Source of the DNA: Nitrospirota bacterium
Lineage (GTDB): Bacteria > Nitrospirota > UBA9217
Assembly: GCA_963751455.1 (NCBI GenBank)
Contig: CAVVUN010000002.1
Coordinates: 1 to 64,000 of the forward strand
DNA length: 64,000 nucleotides
Direction: 5' to 3'
Made by a program: the position numbers and the translations under genes. The notes beneath the pieces were generated by a model. It saw nothing but the letters and a program-made list of their open reading frames with translations, did not search any database and was not told where the DNA came from. Below, one piece after another: positions 1 to 9,440 of the stretch (within the stretch, counting starts at the first letter, position 1; every line of letters starts with the position of its first letter).

Positions 1-23
1 CCAAAACCTGTAGCGTAGAAATA

Positions 24-1952
24 TCAATTTAGGATTTGACTCCACGCCAAGCCGTTCTCGCCGGTCGCCCAAAGCGAACCGTCTGTTTTTACAGCCCAGG
101 ACTGGTAGTACCCCGGATAAATCTCCGCGACGCCGGTTAATACTTGTTTGAACGTATTGACATAGTTTTCGGTACCGTCACCAAGCCTGCCATTGGAATT
201 ATCGCCGAGCGCCCATACGGAACCATCTGACTTCATGGCGAAGAGAGTATATCCATCGACATTAAGGGGATACAGTTTTGTGATACCTGTTAAGATCTGA
301 CCCCACGCTAAGCCGTTTTCGCCGGTCGCCCAAAGCGAACCGTCTGTTTTTACAGCCCAGGACTGGTAGTACCCCGGGTAAATCTCCGCGACGCCGGTTA
401 ACACTTGTTTGAACGTATTGACATAGTTTTCGGTACCGTCACCAAGCCTGCCGTTAGAATTATCACCGAGCGCCCATACGGAACCATCTGACTTCATGGC
501 GAAGAGCGTATATCCATCGACATTAAGGGGATACAGGTTTGTGATACCTGTCAGGATCTGACTCCACGCCAAGCCGTTCTCGCCGGTCGCCCAAAGTGAA
601 CCGTCTGTTTTTACAGCCCAGGACTGGTAGTACCCCGGGTAAATCTCCGCGACGCCGGTTAATACTTGTTTGAACGAATTGACATAGTTTTCGGTACCGT
701 CACCAAGCCTGCCGTTAGAATTATCGCCGAGCGCCCATACGGAACCGTCTGACTTCATGGCGAAGAGAGTATATCCATCGACATTAAGGGGATACAGGTT
801 TGTGATGCCTGTCAGGATCTGACTCCACGCCAAGCCGTTCTCGCCGGTCGCCCAAAGCGAACCGTCTGTTTTTACAGCCCAGGACTGGTAGTACCCCGGG
901 TAAATCTCCGCGACACCGGTTAATACTTGTTTGAACGAATTGACATAGTTTTCGGTACCGTCACCAAGCCTGCCGTTAGAATTATCGCCGAGTGCCCATA
1001 CGGAACCGTCAGACTTCATGGCGAAGAGAGTATATCCATCGACATTAAGGGGATACAGGTTTGTGATACCTGTTAAGATCTGACTCCACGCCAAGCCGTT
1101 CTCGCCGGTCGCCCAAAGCGAACCGTCTGTTTTTACAGCCCAGGACTGATAGTACCCTGGATAAATCTCCGCGACGCCGGTTAATACTTGTTTGAACGAA
1201 TTGACATAGTTTTCGGTACCGTCACCAAGTTTGCCGTTAGAATTATCGCCGAGTGCCCATACGGAACCGTCAGACTTCATGGCGAAGACCGTATATCCAT
1301 CGACATTAAGGGGATACAGTTTTGTGATCGTAGCGGCATTCGAAGTAACGGCAGCAGTGAAACTCACCGATGCTATATTCGCGCCATTCACCGTCTTCGC
1401 GCTACTTGTCGGAGTAAAAGCATAACCGGTCTTGCCCGGCGTAATGGTATAGCTTCCATTTGCCAAACCTGCAAAAGCATAATTTCCACTTGCGTCAGTG
1501 CTGACAGAACCGGCAACAGCTCCGCTAAGCGTCATTGTTACGCCGGACAACCCTGCCCCCGATAACGTCACGGTTCCTGATATTGTATAGGTAGGATTCG
1601 TGTTGACTGTGGCAGTGAAGTCGACCGAGGTTATATTTGATCCATTTACAGATTGTGCGCTGCTTGCCGGATTAAAAATATAACCGGATTTACCGGCGCT
1701 GATGGAATAGCTTCCATTCACAAGGCCGGAGAACGAAAAGTTGCCGCTTGAGTCAGTAGTCACTGTTGCGGAACTTGCGCCGCTCAAAGTCATGGTGACG
1801 CCTTGCAAGCCGGTGCCTGATGAGGTCACAGTGCCGGAGATGCTATAATTATCGTTTGACGGCGCGCCACTGCCACTACCCCCTCCACTGCATGCAACTA
1901 ATCCAACCGCGAACATCATACATACCAAAACAGGCACAATACCCTTTGACAT
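24..1952 (-). CDS. Surface lipoprotein with two Ig-like (carboxypeptidase-regulatory/SdrD-B-like) domains and five 87-aa RCC1-like tandem repeats
   Basis: AGGAGG RBS precedes ATG at 1952 (MSKG...). Lipobox LVAC is followed by a Gly/Ser linker, two ISGTVT...GLxGVTMTLSGA...G.Y.F.GL.NG.Y domains, then repeats containing the RCC1-like MKSDGSVWALGDNSNG.LGDG motif. Confidence 0.8.
   Translation of the reverse strand: MSKGIVPVLVCMMFAVGLVACSGGGSGSGAPSNDNYSISGTVTSSGTGLQGVTMTLSGASSATVTTDSSGNFSFSGLVNGSYSISAGKSGYIFNPASSAQSVNGSNITSVDFTATVNTNPTYTISGTVTLSGAGLSGVTMTLSGAVAGSVSTDASGNYAFAGLANGSYTITPGKTGYAFTPTSSAKTVNGANIASVSFTAAVTSNAATITKLYPLNVDGYTVFAMKSDGSVWALGDNSNGKLGDGTENYVNSFKQVLTGVAEIYPGYYQSWAVKTDGSLWATGENGLAWSQILTGITNLYPLNVDGYTLFAMKSDGSVWALGDNSNGRLGDGTENYVNSFKQVLTGVAEIYPGYYQSWAVKTDGSLWATGENGLAWSQILTGITNLYPLNVDGYTLFAMKSDGSVWALGDNSNGRLGDGTENYVNSFKQVLTGVAEIYPGYYQSWAVKTDGSLWATGENGLAWSQILTGITNLYPLNVDGYTLFAMKSDGSVWALGDNSNGRLGDGTENYVNTFKQVLTGVAEIYPGYYQSWAVKTDGSLWATGENGLAWGQILTGITKLYPLNVDGYTLFAMKSDGSVWALGDNSNGRLGDGTENYVNTFKQVLTGVAEIYPGYYQSWAVKTDGSLWATGENGLAWSQILN
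27..1329. repeat. Intragenic tandem repeat, 5 x 261 bp
   Basis: The CCACGC(C/T)AAGCCGTT motif recurs at about 42, 303, 564, 825 and 1086. Units differ mostly by synonymous changes. Confidence 0.95.
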
Positions 1953-2284
1953 TTGACTCCTCCTTTGAAAGTTAAGCGGTTTGACCGCCTGCACGCCGGC
2001 CAGCGTAGAGCTGTATGATCAATCCTCGCTGTGCAAAAAACTGTCATGCGTTTTTTGATGTTAAACGACTGTTTTTTACAAACAGTTGCGTGCTATTTAT
2101 ATATTTTTACGAAACAGGGGAATTGTTGCATAGAATGGCAATTGTGTCAACGGGATAATTGATGGAAGGGGCAGAGGGAGAATGCTCAACCGTGGCTTAT
2201 ATCGTGCCTAAGCTTTTATCATCAAACACAATTTGGCAAAAGTGCGACCTTCACAAAGAAATCCTAGTTTTCGTTCGGAATTCG

Positions 2285-2884
2285 TTATTTTTGAGAAGCC
2301 CTTTTCCGTTTGCGCGGGACTGCTGTAGCAGCCGCCGGCTGAGAGACCGGATAGGTTATCCTGTTCCCATCATTCACAACCGCCCAGGCAGTGAGCGAGT
2401 GTTCTTTCACGCTTGTCCTGCTCATGATGTCCAGTACCGTTATCCCCCGAACAAGCAGTGCATCAGCAATAAGAGAGCGGTGACATCGCCACGGGACCGC
2501 TTCCGCGCACATGATAGCAGCCTTGTTTTCCTGTGGCTGTTTCGTATGAGCTCCTCCAGGTCCTTGTTCAAATTCCTCGGTCTGCATATAGTCGGCAAAT
2601 CCGCGAAATGAAGCGTTTTTCCAGGCCGTATTTATCGAATCTTTCCTGGCGTGACGGAGACCGCCCAGCTCCGGCATATGGATATAACCGATATTCTGCT
2701 TTTTCAGGCCGGCTTCGAGCGCTTCGCTGTTATATTGAGGATTAAAGCGTGATTTAGGGATGGTCCTTACGTCCACGAGCAAATCAATGTCGTGCGCCTT
2801 CAGAAGTTCTACAAACTCCTCCAGAGTCCGCGTCGAATGGCCGATCGTGAAGAGGTCTGGCATGGTCTTCGCGTCCTTTTTCAT
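2285..2884 (-). CDS. DUF488 family protein
   Basis: Family motifs FTIGHSTR, LVDVRTIPKSR, LGGLR and MCAEAVPWRCHRSLIAD. Confidence 0.85.
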   Translation of the reverse strand: MKKDAKTMPDLFTIGHSTRTLEEFVELLKAHDIDLLVDVRTIPKSRFNPQYNSEALEAGLKKQNIGYIHMPELGGLRHARKDSINTAWKNASFRGFADYMQTEEFEQGPGGAHTKQPQENKAAIMCAEAVPWRCHRSLIADALLVRGITVLDIMSRTSVKEHSLTAWAVVNDGNRITYPVSQPAAATAVPRKRKRASQK

Positions 2885-2889
2885 GGGTG

Positions 2890-3441
2890 CTATTTGGCTG
2901 TCGGGCTTCTGGTGACCACTCGTGCGCCCGGGTTTTCAGCCGGCATTCTCTGCGTATTGCCCAGGGCACGGACATAGGTAACGAGGTACCAGCGGTGTTC
3001 AGGAAGTACGATTCGTGGCAGGACGGGTTCATGGCCGATGCCGGTCAGCATGGCCCTGAACAGTTCGCCATCGGTTTTGCTCGTTACTTTTTCGAGATGC
3101 AAATCGGTCGGCGCGGGCATGTAGCTGTAGCCGACAGGCCCGTCACCCTGGCCGTTCTGTCCATGACAGAAAACGCAATAGTACCCATAATAAACTTTCC
3201 CGCGATCACGGTTTTGCGCGGTATCGGGCAGCGGATTTCGTATTCGGGAAGCCTGTTCTGCGGCAGGCACAGCCCCTGAGTCAGGTTCAATCGGTACGAT
3301 GCCCGAAGGCGGCTGCGGCATGCTCTGCTCGTAAGCCTTGATATTCGGCTGCACCTGCATGCGCGGGCCCTGAAACATGATATAAAAATACAGGAGACCG
3401 CCTACCCCTATGAGAGCAATTCCTGCGAAAAACCATTTCAT
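2890..3441 (-). CDS. Membrane-anchored monoheme cytochrome c, ActE-like
   Basis: N-terminal TM, M..QP.IKAYE...PP.G.VP segment, RG...Y..YCVFCHG..G.GDG; lies at the end of the ACIII/cbb3 cluster. Confidence 0.75.
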   Translation of the reverse strand: MKWFFAGIALIGVGGLLYFYIMFQGPRMQVQPNIKAYEQSMPQPPSGIVPIEPDSGAVPAAEQASRIRNPLPDTAQNRDRGKVYYGYYCVFCHGQNGQGDGPVGYSYMPAPTDLHLEKVTSKTDGELFRAMLTGIGHEPVLPRIVLPEHRWYLVTYVRALGNTQRMPAENPGARVVTRSPTAK

Positions 3442-3460
3442 AAATACTCCTTTATATATG

Positions 3461-3548
3461 TTGGACGCAGATAAAGGCGGAAAAAACAGGATTACATTTA
3501 AAAAGTATTTTTTTAATCTGCGGCCATCTGCGTAAATCTGCGGACAAA
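3461..3548. repeat. Empty CGCAGAT-type inverted-repeat shell
   Basis: TTGGACGCAGATAAAGGCGGA, AT-rich spacer, then AATCTGCGGCCATCTGCGTAAATCTGCGGACAA. Confidence 0.75.
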
Positions 3549-3561
3549 AGATTCTGTTATT

Positions 3562-3843
3562 TTACTTATCCGATTCCATCGGCCTTCCTTCGGGCATGGG
3601 ATTGACGACAATCATTCCCGGCTTCATCGGCAACGGCGGCGCCATAGTAGAATACATTGACTGGGCCGGCGTATCCGGGAGGCTTCCGTGGTCCCAATAA
3701 CGCGGAGGATCATGAACCAGGTGATGAGACCACATCCCGTAGCCCATCAAGGAAAGGCCGAAGAGAAAGAGAATTATCCATCCCACAAACTGCGGAGGTA
3801 CTTTGTATTCTTCATAGTGTTCGAGGATTTCTTTGTCGTTCAT
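3562..3843 (-). CDS. Small single-TM membrane protein in oxidase cluster
   Basis: ATG at 3843 (MNDKEI...), one hydrophobic helix, tightly packed with neighbours. Confidence 0.6.
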   Translation of the reverse strand: MNDKEILEHYEEYKVPPQFVGWIILFLFGLSLMGYGMWSHHLVHDPPRYWDHGSLPDTPAQSMYSTMAPPLPMKPGMIVVNPMPEGRPMESDK

Positions 3844-3850
3844 GGCACAC

Positions 3851-4123
3851 CTACCAGTTTGGAGGGTTCCCCGCCTTGAGAAGAGGATAGACAAAAGCCA
3901 GCAGACCCGTTCCTGCGATCGTAAGGATCAGTATCCAGGGAAAAGTCTTCTGAAACCAGATAAGAAACGACTTGAGGTCCGTTATCTCGAGCTGTGCCTC
4001 GCGTTCGACGCCCCGCATTCTCCAGATGGCGATGTAGGTCAGTGCTGTCAGCAGCACCAGGATGTCACCCAGTCCCAGGGCCAGCCAGATCCAGTGGTGA
4101 CGGTATATTTCGAGGTTGAACAT
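3851..4123 (-). CDS. Small two-TM membrane protein in oxidase cluster
   Basis: GGAG RBS, two hydrophobic helices, ends GNPPNW. Confidence 0.65.
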   Translation of the reverse strand: MFNLEIYRHHWIWLALGLGDILVLLTALTYIAIWRMRGVEREAQLEITDLKSFLIWFQKTFPWILILTIAGTGLLAFVYPLLKAGNPPNW

Positions 4124-4149
4124 AATTAACTCCGTTTAACTCCTTTTGT

Positions 4150-4274
4150 AACCACGGGTTTCGACTTTGTCGAAACACACAGATAAAGACACGTTAAATC
4201 AAATTAAAAAGATCTAAATTTTATAATCCTTATCCGTGTTCATCTGTGTGTCCGACTTGTCGGGACCTGTGGTT
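4150..4274. repeat. CACAGAT-variant inverted-repeat shell with a CGAC-TT(T)-GTCG mini-hairpin in each arm
   Basis: Left arm AACCACGGGTTTCGACTTTGTCGAAACACACAGATAAAGACACG. Reverse complement of right arm AACCACAGGTCCCGACAAGTCGGACACACAGATGAACACGGATA. Confidence 0.75.
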
Positions 4275-4445
4275 GTATTTTTATTCTTTACCTGTGGTTC
4301 TTCCGGTATTTCTGCCCACAGCGCAAGATAGCGGGCGCGCTCCTGGTCTCTAAAATGACCCGCACGGAATGCCCAGTATACGGCAAAAGCGCTGGTGATC
4401 AGGATCAACAGCGTGAAGGACAGCCAGTACAAAAAGAAGGTTCAC
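4214..4445 (-). CDS. ccoS: cbb3-type oxidase assembly protein CcoS/FixS (probable indel near start)
   Basis: TM followed by WAFRAGHFRDQERA, similar to the W...GQF.D.E motif. A GTG start overlapping the upstream stop needs a 1-nt shift in a T run. Confidence 0.7.
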
Positions 4446-5459
4446 TGCTTCTCTCCTTTCGGCATGCCAATATTGCCCCCCTCCATTTCGGGCGGCGCAT
4501 ACTCATTTTTCCATTCGGGCTCGTGCGCGGCATCGATTCCCCGGGGTTCGATGTTCCCGTCGGTATACCCTATAAAGGAAACCGCAAGGTAATTTGACAC
4601 GTCCCAGATCTTTGCCGACTCCAGGTCACGCTTGAAGTACGGCATTGCTGTCCCAGAGATGCCGTTCATGACCTGGTAATAGAGCAGACCTCCGATGTAC
4701 CGGTTCTCGATAAGGTGGCGGCGGAGCGTCGTAAAATTGAGCGGCGGCGGCATCAGGAATTTTGCGGCAGGACCCTGGCCGTCGCCGATGGAACCATGGC
4801 AGTTGATGCAGAAATCCTGGTAGATGCGCTTCCCTTTCGAGAGCGACGAAGCTGTCGCCGGATAGGGGTTCGGCATCCGTTGCCATACCTCAGGTACCTG
4901 TGCATGCAGCCATCTGGATGTTCTTGTCCACCCCGGCGCTGAACGCTGCAATGGACTGCTTTCCCCATGAATTCTGGCGGTTGACCCGCACATCCGCGTT
5001 CTTCATGCCGAGATACTGCATGAATGCGGTCAGTCTAGCGATGTCCTCGTCGCCCAGAAACTCCCAGCTCGGCATGAGCGAGACCGGGCTGGTATAGCGC
5101 GGATTTTTAAAATGGGCGCTATGCCAGTCATCCGGATGCTCGCCGCCTTCCTGCGAGAGGTCCGGACCGATGCGTTCCGTGCCGGGAAGGTACGGCTCCT
5201 GGCCGACGAAGTCGCCTGCTTCGGCAATCCGCTCGGATCCTTTATCCCAGTCATTGATACGCACGAAGAGGGAGTGGCAGTACGTGCAGCCGTTATTGAC
5301 AAACAGACGGAAACCCTCTTTTTCGGCCTGTTCCATCGGTCTCCAGATCGCGGACGGCTTTACTTCCATCGTCTGCATGGGAAGGATCACCATGATGAAG
5401 GCGGAGGCCCAGAACATGAAAATGCTGCCGATGATCAGCAGTGCGGGAGTCATCTTCAT
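4442..5459 (-). CDS. ccoO: cbb3-type oxidase subunit II fused to a second cytochrome c domain (one frameshift near 4900)
   Basis: GCTYCHS, RIGPDLS.EGG and H...P....P.S.MP in 4890..5459; second heme motif CINCH with G.SGTAMP in 4442..4993. Confidence 0.8.
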
Positions 5460-6844
5460 GGCCCATTCTCCCTTGTTACGGGCTGCGGCTCGAACGGTTC
5501 TCCCCGTTTGATGGTCATGACCAGATTAAAAAATCCGACGAAGGCGGATGCGATGATCAGAACCCCCAGTGCGGCCCTCGCCACCATGTACGGCATGATC
5601 TGCGGCAATACCCGGTAGACAACCTCTCCATTTTCCCACGCTTCGCCCTGTACAAGCCCTGCAATCGTGAGCACCACAAAAAACCCGGTTAGTCCGAACA
5701 AGACAAGGCCGAACTGAAGATTTACGAGCCGGGACGACCAGATGCGGCGCTTAAGAATAGAGGGCAGCACATGCCACATAGTGCCGAGCGCGATGAAACC
5801 CGAGAAGCCAAGGACCGCGATGTGGGAGTGGGCGATCGTCCAATTGTTCAAATGGGTGACCCTCTGCACAAAAGGCAGGGACTGGAACGGTCCCTGGATG
5901 CAGGTGAGGATATACCAGATAGTGCCTGCGGTGACAATTCTTGCGGCAGGATCATGAAGGAGTCTTCCTCCATATCCCCGGGCAGTGAGCCACAGGTTCG
6001 CGAGCGCGACAAAAACAGGCACGGTCATGGTAATCGAATTCACTACCGTTACCACTTTCAGCCAGTTCGGTATCGGGATCTGGAGGATATGGTGGCCGCC
6101 GATGTGCGTATAGAAGGCAATAAGCGTCCAGAATCCGACAAGCGACAGCGTATGCGAGTTTATTGGCGTCCGCGCCACTCTCGGAATTACATAATAGGCG
6201 GCTCCGACGGCGAGCGGCGTGAGCAGCAACCCCGGCAGGGCGTGCCCGTAGAACCAGTGAATGATAGGGTCGATGATCCCCGCGAGAGCGCCGGTTTCAG
6301 GATGCCACATCACGTTGCCGATGGGATAAAAGCCGGCTGTCCAGATGAGCATGCCTACGAAATACCATATCGAGACATACAATGCCTTTTCAGAGCGGTT
6401 AACAATGGTCATGACAATGTTTACAAGCAGAATCAGGATGGAAAGAACCAGGGTAACGTCAAAAATCCAGAGATGCTCCGCATACTCGCGTCCCTGGCTC
6501 AAGCCGAAGGGAAAAGTAAAGTACGCGCTCAACATGGTCGCGTTCCACAGTATGCAGCTCACCCATCCGAGCGGTTCCGACCAGAGAGGGGTCCGCAAGA
6601 GCGCAGGCACGTAATGCACGGCGCACCCGATCAAGGTGGTGGTGACGAAGCCGAACAGCACTGTGTCGACATGGGCCGGCCGCGCGCGGCTGAAGACCAG
6701 CCAGGGAATATTGTTAAAGAACTCGGGCGAGACCAGATTGATCGCCGAAAAAAGCCCGAATATCGTGCCTGACATGAACCAGAAGGCGCCCGTGACGATG
6801 AAGGCGAGGGCGGCGGAGTTTTGTCTTTGAAATAGGGATGGCAT
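5456..6844 (-). CDS. ccoN: cbb3-type (family C) heme-copper oxidase subunit I, divergent
   Basis: About 12 TM; R.RP.H, QGREYAE, WFYGH, FYTHIGGHH and WTIAHSH ligand motifs. Confidence 0.85.
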   Translation of the reverse strand: MPSLFQRQNSAALAFIVTGAFWFMSGTIFGLFSAINLVSPEFFNNIPWLVFSRARPAHVDTVLFGFVTTTLIGCAVHYVPALLRTPLWSEPLGWVSCILWNATMLSAYFTFPFGLSQGREYAEHLWIFDVTLVLSILILLVNIVMTIVNRSEKALYVSIWYFVGMLIWTAGFYPIGNVMWHPETGALAGIIDPIIHWFYGHALPGLLLTPLAVGAAYYVIPRVARTPINSHTLSLVGFWTLIAFYTHIGGHHILQIPIPNWLKVVTVVNSITMTVPVFVALANLWLTARGYGGRLLHDPAARIVTAGTIWYILTCIQGPFQSLPFVQRVTHLNNWTIAHSHIAVLGFSGFIALGTMWHVLPSILKRRIWSSRLVNLQFGLVLFGLTGFFVVLTIAGLVQGEAWENGEVVYRVLPQIMPYMVARAALGVLIIASAFVGFFNLVMTIKRGEPFEPQPVTRENGP

Positions 6845-7250
6845 TTAAAAAACCCCGCACTAATTTCTAATAGACCCGGACAAGCCGGAAAAAGACAAAT
6901 CCAGTTAGCCACACCCTGCATTCGCGCTTCGCACTTATAACCGCTGGGCGCAGGCGGATGAACACGTGGCCACTGCACTGTCGGAAAATCACCGTCCCCT
7001 CCGAAGGATGGGCTCGGAAAGGACACTACGGGTGCAGCAGAAAATAAAATAAACTGTATTTACAGTTGACCGCAAAATATGCCAAGAAAAGGCCGGAAAT
7101 AGCCCTGCGTTTTTTCGCGGCTAACAAATTGAGTAGATATAAACTCTATTTTATTATTTTCATCCGTGTCAATGTGTCATCCGTGGCAAACGGTATTGAT
7201 TTTTTTCCATTTTGGATGATTTCTCTTTGCAACTTGTCGCGAAAATAAAT

Positions 7251-7285
7251 TAGTTAGAATTTCGAGTTTCGAATTTAGAATTGCT
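7251..7285. repeat. Heptamer (TTTCGAA-like) repeat arm after actA
   Basis: TAGTTAGAATTTCGAGTTTCGAATTTAGAATT. Confidence 0.6.
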
Positions 7286-7833
7286 TCACCTATGACACGT
7301 GAAACAATCAATTGTCGCCTTTGTTTTTCTGTGGCACTCTATGCAGAAGCCCATGATAAAGTCCTGCTGCTTCACGACCCGGTCCATGAGCGGCACGTTG
7401 CCGTGGCATTGGCTGCAGTCGATCCGCCGATGGATGTGCATCGAATGATTGAAATAAACGAAGTCCGGAAGATAATAGATTTTGTTCCACATGATCGGCT
7501 TATTCTCAAAATAGTATTGGCGCACCTTCGCAATCTCGGGATAGGTCACCGCTATCCTCGCATGGCAGAGCATACAGGTTTCGAGAGCAGGTATCCCGGC
7601 GCGCGCCGTGGTCATGGCCTCGGGATGGCACATGAAGCAGCTGATCTTCTTATCGTTCACATGAACCCGGTGGCTGAAAAAAACCGGCTGTTCGGTGCCC
7701 ATTCTTTCTGAAAATACATACTGAAGATATACACAATCAACCCTGTCAGTATGATCGCCATGATTCCCAACGCGATTTGGAGGGGGATGGCGATATGCGG
7801 TCTCATTCCTGTCTGTCCGGGGTGCCTGCTCAT
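7286..7833 (-). CDS. actA: Pentaheme cytochrome c, ACIII subunit A (frameshift near 7705 separates the TM anchor)
   Basis: QPVFFSHRVH and LPDFVYFNH..H plus five CxxCH motifs (CFMCH, CMLCH, CSQCH, CIECH, CFTCH); the upstream frame encodes a TM anchor. Confidence 0.85.
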
Positions 7834-8921
7834 TCTCTGTTTACCTCTTCTTTGGGCATCTCCGGCAAATAGGCGCGCGCAGCCTCAATACCGAGAGCCA
7901 GTCCGCCGCAGACGGCTGCTGTCGCGGCCAGCTCTACCAATCCGAATTTTGCTTCGTGCGTAAACGAAGGGGCGACCAGCCACCATCGCTCTAGCCATAG
8001 TCCCAGGAGCAGGACTATGGATACCCCGCCCAAAAAAATACGGTTTCTTTTTGCCCATTCCGGTATGAGCAAAAGCAGCGGGCCGAAGAAAACCACGAGC
8101 AGAAGACCGGCAGTGACACGGAACCACCCGGGGTAATGCATGCGATCAATGAGAAACGACGTCTCTTCAGGCATGTTTTCGTACCAGATGGTAAGCAACT
8201 GCATAAATAGAAATGAAGTAGTCAGAATACTGAAAGCCAGAATAAGCTTCCCCAGGTCCTGCCGAAGCTCCGGCCCGAAATCCGGACTGGCTACCGCTAG
8301 GAACGCCCAAAATACCGCTGCGACGTACAGACTTGAAATAAAGAAATACGCGCCGAAGAGAGCGCTCCGCCATTCTGGAGTAAGCGCTGCCACCAGATCG
8401 AAGGAAAAAAGAGTGAACACAACGCAAAAAATAACTATGAGGATTGCAGCCGGAGTGCCTGCTCGATGCCGCCCTTTTAATCGCCTGAGAAGAAACCACG
8501 CAGCAGTCCCCCAAAACAGAAGGAGGCAGCCGAGCACCCGCACGAAGAGGGCTGTATTGTTCAACCAGGCGCCCTGATGAAACGTGCGGCCGTACCACGG
8601 CGCCCAATCAGGACTGCCGATCCAGAGCGCGACCAGGACTATGAGCGATGGTATGAGAAACCCGAGCCCGGTCCACGCAAGACGCTCAGCAGGCCCTGCC
8701 CAGCGACCGTTGGCAGCAATAACGATCGCCGACCACGTGATGAGACCTGCCGAGAGCGGGGTAAAGTACAAAAAGTTTATGAGCAAGGCGCGCCACGCTC
8801 GCGCCGGGTCCGGGCCGGTCTGGAGCAGCACTAACCAGAGGAGGAGTCCGGCGAGGAGGAGAATCGCCCATGCTGCGATACGGATGGTGCCTCTCGGATC
8901 TTTAGAACGTATGATGTTCAT
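7830..8921 (-). CDS. actF: ACIII integral membrane subunit F (NrfD-like)
   Basis: About 10 TM; FD....L.PEW.S.LFG, DLGKL..AFS and Q.L.IWY.N.PEE motifs. Confidence 0.8.
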   Translation of the reverse strand: MNIIRSKDPRGTIRIAAWAILLLAGLLLWLVLLQTGPDPARAWRALLINFLYFTPLSAGLITWSAIVIAANGRWAGPAERLAWTGLGFLIPSLIVLVALWIGSPDWAPWYGRTFHQGAWLNNTALFVRVLGCLLLFWGTAAWFLLRRLKGRHRAGTPAAILIVIFCVVFTLFSFDLVAALTPEWRSALFGAYFFISSLYVAAVFWAFLAVASPDFGPELRQDLGKLILAFSILTTSFLFMQLLTIWYENMPEETSFLIDRMHYPGWFRVTAGLLLVVFFGPLLLLIPEWAKRNRIFLGGVSIVLLLGLWLERWWLVAPSFTHEAKFGLVELAATAAVCGGLALGIEAARAYLPEMPKEEVNRE

Positions 8922-8963
8922 TAAGAGTTCGCCTCTCAGATTGCGCGGGTATCGCGCGAGCCG

Positions 8964-9289
8964 CTACGCGCCGGGCGCTCGGTACTGGACTTGCTCGGCC
9001 TTGCGCAGGGCATCCATCGTTTCGTCGACGGTCAGGAGGACTGTCGTTTCGAACGAGCTAAGCGCACCGCCGCCACTAATCGCCAGCGCAACCGCGGCCA
9101 TGGACACGTTGTCGGGGGCCTCCCACAGGTTGTAGCCGTCGTGGTGCCGAAGGCGTACCAGAACCCGTGGAGCTTCCCACCGACCGACTCGATGTACGAC
9201 TGAGCGGCCTTTCGGCGGTCCTCTGGGTTGCCGATCAGCCTGGCCCAAGTCTCCGGCGTGTAGCTGAACCTCGATAGATAGAGCGGCAT
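8964..9289 (-). CDS. GYD domain-containing protein (one frameshift near 9140)
   Basis: MPLYLSRFSYTPETWARLI.NPEDRR...GGKLHGFWYAFG joined to DGYNLWEAPDN...ETTVLLTVDE; AAGGAG RBS. Confidence 0.8.
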
Positions 9290-9440
9290 CGTTCTCTCCT
9301 TTAGCGTTATAGCAACTCCAAAATTGCAATTAGTTTTATTCCCCGTCTCCCCAGGTCATAGCTGCATCCTGTAATAAATAAAGAAATAATACATGCGGAT
9401 ATCAATAATTTGTGTAGCATGTTAGTCCTATCATTCATCC

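Noticed and set aside
27-1329. Regular repeats as a CRISPR array or DGR template
   Set aside because: The units are contiguous in-frame 261-bp coding repeats with no unique spacers; no cas or reverse transcriptase gene is present.
1960-2150. c-di-GMP riboswitch upstream of the surface lipoprotein
   Set aside because: No recognisable GEMM P1/P2 consensus on the coding strand.
5771-6772. 333-aa plus-strand ORF
   Set aside because: Antisense shadow of ccoN with no recognisable motifs.
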